Shown: piece after piece, positions 63,736 to 64,000 of the stretch
Numbering within the stretch: the stretch's first letter is position 1
How the letters are laid out: each line of letters starts with the position of its first letter
Origin: Candidatus Eiseniibacteriota bacterium
Lineage (GTDB): Bacteria; Eisenbacteria; RBG-16-71-46
DNA length: 64,000 nt
Reading direction: 5' to 3'
Assembly: GCA_044222065.1 (NCBI GenBank)
Contig: JBGAOA010000008.1
Location: forward strand, 19,229 to 83,228
Made by a program: the position numbers and the translations under genes
The notes under the pieces: model-generated
The model's database searches: none
Told to the model about the DNA's origin: nothing
Seen by the model: the letters and a program-made list of their open reading frames with translations, nothing else

Positions 63736-64000
<265 letters not shown>

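Overview
A very GC-rich bacterial chromosome window made almost entirely of housekeeping genes. The FlgD-Ig-tailed and SWGxxKxxYR-tailed secreted proteins suggest Candidatus Eisenbacteria or a related FCB-group lineage (inference; check with the 16S/23S at the right end). Left to right: an FMN-riboswitch-led ribD-ribE-ribBA-ribH-nusB-metallophosphoesterase operon; ychF plus a small outer-membrane protein; an orphan zf-HC2 anti-sigma factor; tRNA-Lys; a complete cbb3 oxidase cluster (fused ccoNO, ccoQ, mono-haem ccoP, ccoG, fixH, DsbD_2-type, ccoI, ccoS); purA, serA-like, class V aminotransferase, lon, clpX, clpP, tig, tRNA-Leu; apgM, DinB, hbd, proC, GNAT, yjbQ, thiolase; a divergent TM-LuxR / haem-binding cytochrome pair; secreted beta-helix and propeller proteins around leuA-like/leuB; mgtC, crotonase, PP2C phosphatase, mtgA, yqeY, pccB, queA, ruvBAC, a divergent EF-G, cytochrome c, sppA, two envelope hypotheticals; and a minus-strand rRNA operon (16S 3' end, tRNA-Ile, tRNA-Ala, 23S, 5S). 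I see no CRISPR array, integrase, transposase, prophage or defence system, and I cannot demonstrate a new system from sequence alone. Best leads: distinct C-terminal sorting-like tails on secreted proteins, a nested repeat cluster between the crotonase gene and mgtC, a sigma54-like promoter plus terminator-like hairpin before ccoNO, a sigma54-like promoter before a triple-repeat protein / beta-barrel / sppA unit, and a probable CTG start for queA. Start codons were chosen by eye from RBS and gene overlaps, and family assignments come from motif recognition, not database searches.
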